Below, one piece after another: positions 37,512 through 50,111 of a stretch of DNA of 64,000 nucleotides. The DNA comes from Psammoneis japonica. Taxonomy: Eukaryota. The DNA lies in assembly GCA_008632985.1 (NCBI GenBank), contig QPGO01000125.1:62001-126000 (forward strand). The letters are read 5' to 3'. Below the pieces are notes generated by a model that did not search any database, was not told the DNA's origin, and saw nothing but the letters and a program-made list of their open reading frames with translations. The position numbers and the translations under genes were made by a program. Positions within the stretch are counted from its first letter, which is position 1. Each line of letters starts with the position of its first letter.

Positions 37512-38651
37512 ATGAACATCAGCACTATGGCAGCAACGTCTTCGACAGCTCCTGGCAATCAGGCTAATGTCCACCTGTCAGCGCAAAGCGTTCCGGAACG
37601 AGCCGTTAAGAAATGTGAGGCTTGGAAAGCGTTCATGGCGGGATACTTCTTCTGGATTGGGCTCCCCGGTAGTTTTGTCGAACATTTCTTTTGCGTCGAA
37701 CACATGACAATCTGGCGCAGGCACATGATGTGGTCCAAGCAAGACGGAGAGCAACTCCGAAACATTTTAACACAGAGATTTGCTTCCGGCACAATCTTTC
37801 TTTCTCTCATGCTGAGCACTGAAATCGGCGTACTGTTTAGCCCGTCTGATCCAGCGTCGAATGTGCGTCAAGACCTTGAAGAACAAGATTATTCAACCGC
37901 TCCCTTTTACACCGGGCTTGTTCTTTGCGTTTCGATTTTCTTGACCATTGCAGCACTCGTTTCAAGCTTTACAGGTACGCAGTCTAACCAGTCGACTGAC
38001 TTTGATTTTGTTCTTGACTTAGATATATTCCGCCGACGTTCCTTCCTCTGGCAAAGCTTGGTCCATTGTTTCTGCTATTGGAAACAACAATGTTCATTCT
38101 GTTCTTCGCTCGACTCTTGGGCTATACGCAACTCAACTCCCTAGTAACCTTGCTATCTTGGCGATTTATTCTTTCTTTTTGTGGATAGTACTCTTCTGGT
38201 GGATCATCATGCCACCTTTGTGGGCTCTTCTACTGTCGCTCTCCGGCGTCATGACAATTTGCCACGTTGTGAGCACTTATTCCGCCCTGGGTCGAGTAAG
38301 TACCTTGCTCGACACACCCTATGCCCATCAGTTCTCCATCTGCGACCTCTCAACTTTGTGCCATTTTTTGAACAGCTAGTAATGCACACAGGCGCCATGG
38401 GGGACGAAAAAATCATCTCGGTTGAAGACCAGGAGTTCCAGACATCAGCAGAGCTGTATCAAACTTTGAACGAAAAAGCAAAGGCCGGAAAGAAGTCGGG
38501 GATACCTGTGGAAGAACAGTATAGAATGCACTATCAATCGGTAATACGGCAAATGGAAACGGTCCACGAAACCGAAGTCGACGATACTGCTGCCGCGACC
38601 TCAGGACTTAGCCAAAGCGCGGTCGTGGAAAACGAAAGCAACGGCGATTGA
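37512..38651 (+). CDS. Hypothetical multi-pass membrane protein; predicted exons 37512-37974, ~38058-38295 and ~38376-38651
   Basis: Several hydrophobic helices (TIFLSLMLSTEIGVLFSP, FYTGLVLCVSIFLTIAAL, IYSFFLWIVLFWWII) spread over three ORFs that can be joined by GT-AG introns. Confidence 0.7.
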
Positions 38652-38988
38652 CTGTCACTTGGACAACGCCGTAAAACAATTTTTTCCAGTGCCGAAATCC
38701 CCTCCTGCATCTCAGCCACGTGCTGAGATCTGTAGCAGCCTCTGACGAAATAGAAGTGTGGAGCGCGCTTTTTCCAGTAAAGAGGTACTCCTATATTATT
38801 TCTATTTTAAGTTTTGTAACGAGTGTCGAATGGTATGTAGTGCATCTCACTGCTCCGACATTCCATTGACTTTTGTTTGTAATTCGCAGATATATTGAAG
38901 ATGTAGTCTTGATTCTATGATACACGTGTAGCGAACGCAAGGGACATGAAATCTATTCTAAATGACGGCACCTGTAGGGAGTGATGTG

Positions 38989-39792
38989 TCAGCCAATATC
39001 CTGGTCAGATTCTGTTTCTCGAAGCAACCTGTCTCGACAACAAGGACATTCGTCCGACTTCTTCAGCCACAGCACTATGCAATCCCGGTGGAAAACATGC
39101 TGGCACTTTGAGACGTTAGAAATCGCAAGTTGTTCATCTTCCTGAAACGATTGAAGACATATTGGGCATGCCATAGCAGCAGTGGTCCCCGTATCACCGA
39201 ATAACTCTATGGTTCGACTGTGCGTGGGTTGCTGAATATTGACGCTAGAGTCATCGTTGCCCCTTAGATTGCTCGATCCACTAGTCTGACACATATCAAT
39301 GCTACCATCGGTGTTGGAAGATGTATCTGCTATTGTTGATAGGGCCTTTTGTCAAAGTAAACGCAAGAATCGGTTACTTCCTCTTCCGTTACAAAAAAGA
39401 TGCTGGCGACATAGCATACAGTACCTACCTTGAACTCCAGACAAGAGTCAATCATTGATTGTCTTTGCTGCTCCGAACTCGCTGCTTCGCCATTCTCGGA
39501 TGATTCTTCTGGTTGCTGCTGTTGGCGGCCAAGGACACCGAACTTTCTAAGTATGATGAAAAGTAGCAGGAGAAAAATCAAAGATAGCAAGACCAAGCCC
39601 TGTCAAAGATTAGCCGGGAATATTGATGTGAGTAAAGAAAGTGCTATGTGAGAATTCTTATTATGAAGCACTCACACAGATGATGGCTGCGCCATACTTG
39701 GCACCGCCTCGGCTGCCGGTGTTTTGATCGGACCCCCAACGAAGGCTTCGGATATCAGCGATGTTGTTGTTACCGGTACTCGGCAGAGACAT
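38989..39792 (-). CDS. TM + RING-H2 E3 ubiquitin ligase (ATL-like), tandem paralog 1, 3 exons
   Basis: CPICLQSF...CQHVFHRDCIVLWL...CPCCR, with an upstream TM exon LLSLIFLLLLFIILRK. Confidence 0.85.
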
Positions 39793-40691
39793 GGTCACTT
39801 CTTCTGCTACTGATCGTACCAATGGAATAGAAATGGGACTTCGTGAGATTCTTTGTCGCAACCCTCCGGTGAATCTCCATAACCCGAAACGATCGGATTG
39901 GTTCGCGAAGGTCAAAATGTGAGAAGAGAGTGAAGTCGGGGGCAATAAAGCGTGACAGATCTTTATTTCTACTTATTCAGACTTGTAGACCTTTATTACA
40001 AAGCTCATTAGACGTGTTGTTGTTCTTCGTTCTGACGCCGAGTTCCGAGTTTTGACATCATCTACAGTTAGTAGACGTAACCTTACTGTTCTTTTGGTTT
40101 TGTGTTAGTGTTTTGTTGTTTGCCAAATTAGCTATGTAGTGTGTAGTCTCATCGAGTTGTAGATGATCCAAAACGATCGCTCCAAAAATGGTTATTTGCT
40201 ATTCGACCGCGTTAAGCCAACGAGAAGGCGCAACAAAAGATCATCAGTTTTTCAACTGCATTCTCTGAGATGGCGAATAAATGTTGGTCTCCGGTCTCGT
40301 CTTTAACTTCCTTTGATCTGCTATCTACCATGCGTTTCAAGGAACTCCGCTCGACACACCGGGAATTCGCCGAGATATTTCAACCAATTCAGGACTCATT
40401 TGCCTTTAAACAATGCTTGCAGCAACCCGAACGCCCTGAATGCGCACAGCATCTTCTTCAGCTTCGAGAAGGAACACTTCCATGATGAAAGCACGTTCTC
40501 TCCAGTGACGAGAAGTGAATTTGGGTACTATGGTCGAGGGCATATCTGTGTCGCGCTTCTGCGGACCGCCGGTTTCTGTTTTGTTATACGCGGAGGTCTT
40601 TCAGATGCAGCCTTGATTCTACGATGTAGTCGTAGAGTAGAGCACGAAAGAGATGTGAAACCTTCGCTAAGTGTTTGGTTAGGATGAGATA

Positions 40692-41521
40692 TTAGCTACT
40701 CTCTTGGTTAGATTCTATTTCTCGAAGCAACTTGTCTCGACAACAGGGACATTCGTCAGACTTTCTCAGCCACAAAACTATGCAATCGCGGTGAAAGGCA
40801 TGATGGCATTTTGACACGTTAGAAATGGCAACTTGCTCGTCGTCCATGAACGATTGAAGACAGATTGGGCATGTTAGAGCGTCAGTGGTCCTGTTGTCTC
40901 CGAACAAATCTATGCTTCGATCGTGAATGGGGTGTTGAACACTGACTTCAGTGTTTTCGTTGTCATTTACGTTGCTTGAACCAGTAGTGCGCAGCGTATC
41001 GACGGTATCACCAGAGGTGGACGATGTATCTGTTCCTATTGAGATAATCTTGTGTCATCAAATTGAAAGGTCAAAGTAGATGCAAGCGTGTCAGTTCCTG
41101 CATTAGCACGGAAGATAATAACTACACAGCATGTAGTACCTTCGACTCAAGACATGAATCAATCATGGCTTGTCTGTGTGGCTCCGAATCTGTTACTTGG
41201 TCATTCTCGTCTGAATCTGCTGGCTGTTGCTGTTGACAATCAAGTAAATCGAACTTTTTAAGAATAGCGAAAAGCAGCACTAGAAAAATCAATGATAGTA
41301 AAACAAGACACTGTTTAGGAGCGAGTGTTCAAATAATGGAGATATGGTTGAGAAAAAGGGGTATGCAGGAATTTTCATTTGTAAAGTAGCGACTCGTGTA
41401 TGGATTCACTCACAAATATCATTGCTGAGCCGTTCTTTGCATCGCCGCGGGGATCAGAATCGGACCCCAAGCGAAGTCCCCGAGTAATGTTGGCGACGCT
41501 GCTCTTGCGGAGGAAAGACAT
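40692..41521 (-). CDS. TM + RING-H2 E3 ligase, tandem paralog 2, 3 exons
   Basis: CPICLQSF...CHHAFHRDCIVLWL...CPCCR. Exon structure and sequence closely parallel paralog 1. Confidence 0.85.
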
Positions 41522-42199
41522 TTTTATTTCTACTGCTAATGATGGCATTGGACTATCGAGGAATGTGAGTCGAGAATATTCTTTGACTCAAAGCTCGGGA
41601 ATTCCGAACCCCACATGCTAACAACCACTATCAAGTTTGGTTCGTGTCGCGAAAGCAAAAAATGTGATCGCGAACTGAACAGCGGCACGATTGCGGAGGA
41701 GGGGCAATAGAATGCTATTGGTCTTTTTAATCAGGTTTGGTTAGTTTCATTCTTTGCCGATGACGTGTCGTGTGTCGTCGTCTGATCGGGCAAATTTTTT
41801 GGGCTAGTTGGTGACCGTTTGAATTTAACGGCGAGCGAAGCGAGCCTCAGCGCACAAAAGTAACCCGGATGTTAAATCTTGAGTTTGTTGAAAGCACCGC
41901 GACATCATTGCGACGGTTGTCGATCGACCATGGCACCTTTGGTACAAGTTACAGAACACAACATCAACATTATTCCCGTTTCTTTTTTCATTCTTAACAA
42001 TATTTCCACAATCTATCCGACAAGGTTGGTCACATTTTGTGTCAATGAGAATTGTGGATTTGTGGTTTTGTCAAAAAGTGTGCCAGAAAATCGATTGTGC
42101 GATTCGAGACAGGCTAGCACTATTTCGATTGTCAATCACGCTTTCACCAATTTTCTCACTTATTTTTTGTTTTTCATTAATCTTTGTTTTTTACAGAAA

Positions 42200-45100
42200 A
42201 TTTAAGGGCATGGAATTGTTTTTGTGGCAATCTACAATCTGCTGCACACCACCTTCAGGAAGAGCAGCATTGCTGGAGGCACATGTGGTTGGCACGTTGG
42301 GGGACAAGGCATCATGTGATGGCAGTGCTCTGGTGGAAATACAGGTGGCACTTGTGATGGAAAGGCAAATGGCTGTGGGAGGAAGTGACCCGCGGGAGGG
42401 GGTGGAATCGTTGCAAGCCGGGACATCCTGCTGGCTGCAACAGCGGCGTGGCATCGACTGATTCCCAGGCAGCACGTGCAGGCAAGCTTCCTCCACTCAC
42501 ACTTTGTCAGCAACTCCTGGTGAGTGGAGAGAGGGAATGTGCTCTCATTGGTCATTCTCGTCCTCTCTGGCCTCTCGATTCTACCACCTTTTTACCGGCG
42601 ATGCTCTGCGGATGCGGCAGCTAGAGCAGATTGATGAGAAAACACACAGGGCCCTGCCATGTCACCCGTGTGACAAATTTACCTACGAGCTTGCTCTTGT
42701 CTGACAGAACTTGACGAACAATGGGTTGCCTTGGTGGTGTGCCCCACCGCATCAAGATTCGTTGTCGTCGTCAACAATGAAAATGCAAGAAGGCCACTTG
42801 GTCGGATTGCCCTGCTTTTTGAAGAGACTGCTGCAGACCGTGCCTGGAATGTGCTCATCCACCTTTTTTCTACATTTGCTGTGGCTGAGGTGCCGGAAAC
42901 GATTCAACTCACTTGCGGTGTCTGTTCAAATGACATTTCTCCGTTCAAAATTCCGCTTCGTGGGCCAAAAAGCACAGGATTTTTTTCACGGAATGACAAC
43001 AATGTTGAAAGCATTGACAACACCATGGCTGATGACTCATGTTGTTTTACATCGCAAAGCAGAAACTGAGATTGCAGGCTTTTGCATTTTCCCTGCTCTC
43101 GTCGCAAGCGCCGTGCACCAAATGACTTGAGTTTCGTGTGGCCGTGCGGAGCCAGACAGATCTCGCCACATCAACCAATCCGGAGAGCAACAATCCAGCA
43201 GAGATGTCACTGCAATCGGCATCGCTCACTGACGCGGTGAGCGTCTGGCAGAGCTGAGCAATGTTTGTGGTGCGAAAGCTGGAATTGTTTGTGATGCGAA
43301 AGCCAGAATCCAGCGCGGCTTCGAACGGGGCTTTCTCTCCAGCAGCCCCCCCCTGACTCACCTCGAAAGAAACTCTTTCCACTTCCCATGAGGAGTCATG
43401 GAAATGCGAGGCCATCCAGCACCTTTCCTGGCACCACCATTGCTGCCACGTTTGCTGGCCATGGTGAAGAGTGCGGCCGCAATGGCATTTGATGTGCTGT
43501 TTTGTTGGCCTTTTCTCTTTTAAAATTTGGATGCAACAGACACACATCGCATGCACGCAACAGTGCTGCTTTTCTAGAGATTGGCCATCCACAAAAGAGA
43601 ATCAATTTGTCATTGCGATTTTTCCAGAGGTCTAGAAAACTGGCAGTGCAGTCATTTTTCATCATCCGCGGAAAAATTGCGCGACACCCCCCAAAAATGC
43701 AGTGCCCAAAGCACAACTTTTGACCACACGTTCGCGCAGAACTCGCCAAGTCGAAAAACCACGAAAACACGCAGGTTTCTACGCAAATCCAGCACAAAAC
43801 GAATGGCAAAGCTCTGCCTCTTCCTCTTCACACACCGGGAAAAACACCTGCACATTTGATCACAAGGTCATTGCTGCATTCTTCTTTTCATCATTCAACT
43901 GAACCATTGTTGCCATGACATCGCAGACCTCCTTGTCATCTGCCGGCACTGAGATTGAGCAGCCGGAAACAATTGAATTTGCAACGGCTGCAGTTCAACA
44001 TCCTCAAGGGGAGGCAATGCGGAGAAAGAAGAATCACCGGGGTTCAACTGTCAGTGTGGTGCTGCCGTCACCAGATGAGCGCGACATGATGCCAGTTCGT
44101 CTTGGGGTGGAAGAGTGGACTCTTGTGAAACAGAAACAGCCAAAAGCTGGATCAGAAAAGAAAAAACAGTTCAGTCAACACGACTGCATTGTGGACCGGC
44201 CTGCCAGCAGCAACGGTCACACCAGCTCCTCTTGTCGACCTGGAGGCTCAATTTATCCTCATCACATTTTCTTCTCAAAAGTGAAATTGAGAGATTGCTG
44301 GAGCTTGAAGAATTTGAGTTTTGTGACAGAGAGAAGAAGAAGCAAATTTGCTGTCGGGAAAAGGCACTTGATAAATTCGACACACGAGAAACGAATCCCA
44401 GTGAGGATCCATTGATGTTTCTCCCTCCTGAGCCGGCACGAGATTGGAGCATTGGCGCCGGCATGCCGCTTGACAGATTCAAGGTTGTTTTGAAGCAGAG
44501 GCCCCCAGAGCCAGCTCATCCAGCGTCCCTGCTTTCATCAGATGATGAGTTGTCTGTGGATGATGAAGACATGCTGGATCATCATGAATCTCTGGAGGAT
44601 TGGAAGTCAGCGCCACGGGAAATCGATTGTGCAGTGCTTGACTTGCTCGTGGTTGCAAAGAGCATCGCGAAAGATGATGCCAGTGGTGGGGGGAGCCCTT
44701 CTTCAAATAAAAGGCAGCACACATCCTCTACAAGCCATGACGACCCTTTGCCAGATTGGTGCAAGAAACTGAGCGACGTTCGCGTTGCTCTCTTACAACC
44801 TGTGGTGAAGAGCACAAACAATGACTGTCTTCTCTTGGATGGCAAGCCCACTGTTGTAACCAACTTCTCTGTGTCGATTGGGGAAGACCCTGAGAGCTTC
44901 AAATTGGGTCACCTGCGACAGAGCGTTCTGAATCAGGCTGCTTCGCAAGCGAAGTGTCGTGGTAGACTTGGAATCAACTCCGCTCTGTTCTGCCAGACCT
45001 CAAAGGTTGACAAGCATGTGACAAGGCTCAACAGCACGGACCAAATGTGGAACTTTCTGGAGAACAAGTGCAGTGGTAAAAAGAACAACTGCAAGTGCCA

Positions 45101-47600
45101 ACTTCCATGCACACGTCGTTTGCCGTTTGCGATGGCATCATCTCTCACCATGACATTTTCTCATTGCTGCATTTTGTGATCTGTGGTTTTGAAGATGTGT
45201 CTGTGTTCCTTGCCCTTGGCTCAAAGCACCACAATGACGTCGACTGCGATGAGGAACAGTCGCAAATTGCCGATCCGTCGACACATGAGGACTCTCACCG
45301 GAGTGGCAACAACCAAGCTCTGTCTTCACCGGCAAAGACAGCATTCGACCCTGGTGCCAGCAACCGAAGACGTGGAAGGGCAGCTGAGAGCTCGCATTCT
45401 GTGAGCAGGGAGTGGGTTTTCAAACATCTCTGCATGGATGAGAACTCACCATGTCATCATGGATTCACCAATGAAATGCTTGCTGTGACGACGAGTTGTT
45501 TCAACGGCAAGAGGTTCCCACCGGAAAATCAACTCCCTTGGGAAAAATGGCCGTTGGGATGCGGTGAGCACCCAGAGATGACACAAATGCCTGCACATGA
45601 TGCACCGCACATGCAGAAGCAGATTGGTTCTGCCAAGCTAAAGAGGGGACAATGCCCTCTTGACGAAGCCACGGGGCTTCCTCCTTCTGGTTTAAAAACG
45701 ACACCAACAAAAGCTGCCGGCAGTGGCACAATCTTCTCTCCAACAACTGTCAACCCACTTGATCAACCAATCAGTGCCGGCCAGGGGATGGCAATTTTGG
45801 TGCAGTCGGATTGTCACTCGAAGCATGGGCTGGGAGCTGCAAGTGTCCCTGGAAGTTCGGTGGACCAATCTGCCGCCAAGCCAAAAACCAAGCCAGTGTT
45901 CACATTTCGTCGGAAGGTCGCAGATGAACAACATGTGAGTGAGACAGTTCTCATTGGGACGGAATGTGTGGATCAAAATGGAGCCTTGATTGACGCGGTG
46001 AAACACGTGGCCAATTCCAACAAAAGAGCATTTCATCGTCGTCCGGGGACAGAGATTCAGTTCATGCTTCGTTTGAGCAACAAAGATCCAATGGCATTTA
46101 CACTGGATGCTGCTCGCACGTGTAAGATTGCTGACCTTTTGGAGAGCACAGCAGGGGAAGCGTCACCATGTTTGTTTGATGTCGTCGAGATGGCGGAGGA
46201 CGTCGAGGAGGATCTAGAAGACGCAAGCTTTGATCAGCCGAGCTTGCAGAGATCAGTCAGAAATGCTTGTGCTGAGAATCCATTTGTTCACCCACTAGAA
46301 TTGAACAGTTTTCTACAGACATGTTGCACGCACCATTCTTCCCCAGCTGCTTCATCCTCATCCTCCTCTTCCGGAGGATCCTGGAAAAACGGAACGTTGC
46401 AGTGTCGAAAGATGTTGCGTGCCTTTGCTGGAGTGACGCTCATGAGAGCCTCCTGGTGGGCAGCCTCACAATCTGTTTTTGCCAGAACACGATTTCTCCT
46501 CAATGATGATTTGCATGAACAAAAGAAGTGCTCAATTGGGTTCAGATCAGGTGAGTGCCTTGCCGCAAACAGGATCTCAGCACCTGCGTTCCGCATGATC
46601 TCTGCAACCTCGGGATCGTGATGCTGAATCGCATTGTCCAAAATGACGAGAGAGTTTGGTTCCTGCTTGTCAAATTCACCAAGCTGAGGCACCACACACT
46701 CTGTCAACCATTCCTTAAACCGTTCTGTGTCAACAGTCCCTCTTGTGGGATCATTGTCATCTTTTCCTCGCTCTCGCAAAACAATGTCACAAGGTTCCAA
46801 GACAAAGCCATTGCAATTGGCGGCACCCATCAATGTGCGCCGCGTTTCCGCAGCATCAAATGCACGTGTAAATTCAGCTTTTTTGCCTTTTAATGCCCAG
46901 ATTCGACGACGACGGGCGCTCAAGCGGTCTTTTGCTGATTCGTCCAAAAACAAGGCCATCTCTGGGTTGGAAAGCAGGATCTCGAGAGTGTTTTGGCAGT
47001 CATCGTGCTCTTCTTGGCAACGTTGGGCTGCAATTTCCGTGACAACTTTGAGAGAGCAGTGCATTCGCTCTGTCAGAAGTCTCCACATTGACGTTGTCGC
47101 ACGTCTCACACCCGCAATTCTTTCGCACTCGTCCCGCATTTCGTCCAGATGGAACCCAGGGTGATCCTCAACGATGGATCTGACAATGTCAACCTGGTGG
47201 CATTCCCATGAGTGTGCTTCATACATTGTGTTTCACTTTCGCTTGCTCCTTTTCTTCAATTGCTCTTTTCTCCGTCGTGTCGCTTCGGGAACTTCCCCGA
47301 ATTGCTGACAATGGAGACACCAACGATGCAAAGTGGTTTCACTGATCTTCACAATGCTCGCACCTGTCACCTCTTCCAGAATGCAATCAAGAGGCTTGTC
47401 CTCAAATGGCCCAACCCTTGCAATCAAATGGCCAACAAGTGTCTCTTCCAAACGAAGCTGTCCGAGTGGACTTGCATGATTGCACCCTGCTGCTTCAACT
47501 TGAGGAATGAGCTCCGAGAAGACAAGGACCGCGACGATCAAGGCAAGAACGACTTCCAGCAACATCTTTTCGGTTTGCTGCAGCTTTTCTTCCAACGTTG
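42200..47600. other. TpA-depleted block C with CpG largely retained
   Basis: TA is rare while CG remains common (e.g. 46800-47150). TA returns at ~47610, still inside the element. Confidence 0.85.
43915..46280 (+). pseudogene. Degenerate second (cargo) gene inside the Tc1/mariner element, function unknown
   Basis: Overlapping long + strand ORFs (43915-44415, 44115-45179, 45095 onward) with protein-like composition and an acidic C-terminus (EMAEDVEEDLED). Convergent with the transposase; almost no Tyr. Confidence 0.5.
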
Positions 47601-47646
47601 CAATGTGGAATAACATGTGACGCAATGCTGCCATACAACGCGACAC
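46288..47646 (-). pseudogene. DD34E transposase (Tc1/IS630 type) interrupted by one in-frame TGA at 47233-47235
   Basis: HTH-like ISETTLHRW..., then PGFHLDE, FLDES, ILDNA...H and HSPDLNPIE (34 residues between the second D and the E). ORFs 47233..47646 and 46288..47226 are in the same frame. Confidence 0.9.
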
Positions 47647-48114
47647 GGTTTGCTACGTTTGGTTGTAAAGGTTGCAATGAGATGGACCTGCCGCTTGATA
47701 AAGGAAAAATGTACTAGACTCACGTAGAATCCTACGTGTTTTTGTCGTTTTTCGACTTAGTGATTTTCGCGGGAGGCTGGCGCAAAAGTTGTGCGTTAGG
47801 CAACTCTATTTTTGGGGGGTGTCGCGCGATTTTTTCCGCGGATGATGAAAATGACTGTATCGCAATATGGTACAGGTCAACCCGAGGTTACCCTAAGTAA
47901 TATCCGTTGAGAAGGGTTGTGCGAACACGAACCACCAACTAGCACGAAAAGCTTGCCTCTGATCGCGAAGGAGCAGGTGAGGTAAGATAGAGTAGATGTT
48001 GTTAAAATAACTATCGTCCCAATCCAAAAAGTTGCTATGCGACAGCATTAATCCAACACATCGCTTTCCAATTATATCAACTGCATTCCCTACGATGCAC
48101 GAATAACTCTTGGT

Positions 48115-48959
48115 CTAATCTTGATCTTGTACCTTTATTCTGTCATCTGTCGCAAGGAATTTCGCTCGACAGACTGGGCATTCACTGTGACATTGCAACC
48201 ATTCGAGGATGCATTTGCGGTGAAACAAATGCTTGCAACCCGACCGCGCTGAATATGCAACATCGTCTTCTCGAAGGAAAACTTCTAGGCAAATGTGGCA
48301 GGGCGTAGCAACGTCCGTCGTGTCAATCTCATTATTCATTTCTTCGTCACCGCTATTTTCCATCGAAGCACACGATTTTTGAGGCTTCAATGACGAAATT
48401 TTAGGAACAATATCGTCTGCAGTCAGTTCGGTCAAGTTTGTATCAGTTGTTGATGACTGATCAGCTTCGATGTCTCCAAATTTCTGCGCAAAACATCAGT
48501 CGCACATCGGAAGAGAAGATATTAATATCATACATAGTCTCAAGTCTCCACGCACCTTTACTACCAAACTTTCGTCAATCTGCCGTTGTCTATTTTCTTG
48601 TCTGCGCTGAGCTTGGGCTTCGTTGAACTCGTCTTGACGGCGTCTCCGGGCTTCCGCAATTGAACTTAGATCGGCATTGAATAAACCATCGAGAGGGTGC
48701 AAATATCCAAGTTTTCTCCAGAGAAGAGGCAAGAATACGAGAAGGCCAAAGGCCAATATGACTCCAACCTAGGAAAATGTTGAAAAAGAAAAATCAAAGC
48801 AGCTAAGTTAGATGCAGTTTACAATGAGAAAAATTTTCGTGTCGAGCGGCTACTACTCACAACAATGTTTACTGTACTGATTCCACCACCACTACCTCCA
48901 GCGCTTGTGCTGTCGCTTAAGAACCGATCCAACAATTGGACTTCGATTGTACTCGCCAT
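48115..48959 (-). CDS. TM + RING-H2 E3 ligase, tandem paralog 3, 3 exons
   Basis: CHICLEVF...CKHLFHRKCILEWL...CPVCR, with TM exon LAFGLLVFLPLLWRK...IDESLVVK. Confidence 0.85.
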
Positions 48960-49314
48960 TTTTCAAGGTCGATTCGTTGTGCTTCTGTGCTTCGCCGTCA
49001 ACACGTTAACGTATCATGGACTCATGTTTCACAGCTTGCAGAACTGAGAACACACACGTCGGCGGCAAAAAAAATTCGTACCATAGTAGTCTGTAGGTTT
49101 CTACGTAAATTTTTCTTTTATGTATTTATTAGAGACTGATATTTCTCATATCACGACGTAAAGCACATAAGCCCACAAATGAAATTTGGAGGACCTCAAA
49201 AAAGCAATGTTGAATATCGTATATCGTAGCTTCGTACGAGTACTGTAGGAAACGAACAAGGGCTCGGCTATTTTACGAGTACTGTAGGTCTGGTACGCGA
49301 TTCGACTCAGACCA

Positions 49315-50111
49315 TTATGCGTGTTCTTCATCTGGGAGCAAGGTACCTCGACAGAGTGGGCATTCCTCGTGTTTCTGCAGCCACCCTACGATGCAGTCGT
49401 GGTGAAAGCAATGCTGGCACCCCGAAACGCTCGAAAGCACAATCTCTTCGTCACTCAACATTTTTTCCAAGCAAATAGAACACGTCGTGGCGGTGCTGAT
49501 ATCTCTTGTATCGCAATCTATTGGAGTTGCCTCTGGAGTTGGAGTGGGTGTTGTCGTGGCACCTATTTCGATATCATCTGCAGAGTCATCAGAGGACGTG
49601 TCACTATGATCTTCAGCTACGACCTTTGAACGCACCAAAAAGGAATAGTCAGAGACAACGAAGATACTGGAGAAGATATCGTACGAATCAAGATGGCGTT
49701 ACGAACCTTCTTGACTAAGAACTGGTCAACCTCTCTTGGCTTTGCATCTGCGGGAGTTTGGGAAGGCATTTGAACCGGAGCTCTGTGTCTTTGCCTTTGT
49801 ACATGAGCTTGCGCTTCAACTAAATTACGATTCAGCTTTCGAAGATATCGTCTGAGTAACACTGGTAACAAGAGGATGAGAGCGGCGAACAAAACAAGAC
49901 CGACCTGACGGAGAATGAATACAAGTGTAGAAAGAAACGAGAAGGTAAGGCGTTAGGCAGCATGCCACACGCAGTAGCCAGCCAAAAACAGTCTAGACGT
50001 TATGAAATGCAGCTGCGATCAAGATACAAGAGTCTGGTAAGGCCACGAACTTACAACGATGCCGACAACCTGTTCCGTCCCAACGTCGTTGGTCGTATCT
50101 GATGCTCCCAT
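49315..50111 (-). CDS. TM + RING-H2 E3 ligase, tandem paralog 4, 3 exons
   Basis: CSICLEKM...CQHCFHHDCIVGWL...CPLCR, with TM exon LFAALILLLPVLLRRY...VDQFLVKK. Confidence 0.85.

Larger units (their letters stand above)
43649..47857 (-). mobile_element. IS630-Tc1-mariner DNA transposon, ~4.2 kb, with ~75 bp TIRs starting CAGTC and a TA TSD
   Basis: Left TIR 43649-43722 (CAGTCATTTTTCATCATCCGCGGAAAAATTGCGCGACACCCCCCAAAAAT...) is the inverted copy of 47783-47857. Right flank is TA (47858-47859); left flank is TG (43647-43648). The element encodes a DD34E transposase. Confidence 0.93.
41784..47964. mobile_element. Possible outer TIR element hosting the Tc1/mariner insertion
   Basis: Imperfect inverted repeat: GATCGGGCAAATTTTTTGGGCTAGTTGGTG (41784-41813) vs CACCAACTAGCACGAAAAGCTTGCCTCTGATC (47933-47964), with an 11-bp perfect core. 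It brackets TpA-depleted block C. No TSD or transposase recognised. Confidence 0.35.

Noticed and set aside
46288..47646. Alternative genetic code / TGA readthrough
   Set aside because: Host genes translate normally with the standard code. TGA dominates in the blocks only because TAA/TAG were removed and CGA->TGA adds more.
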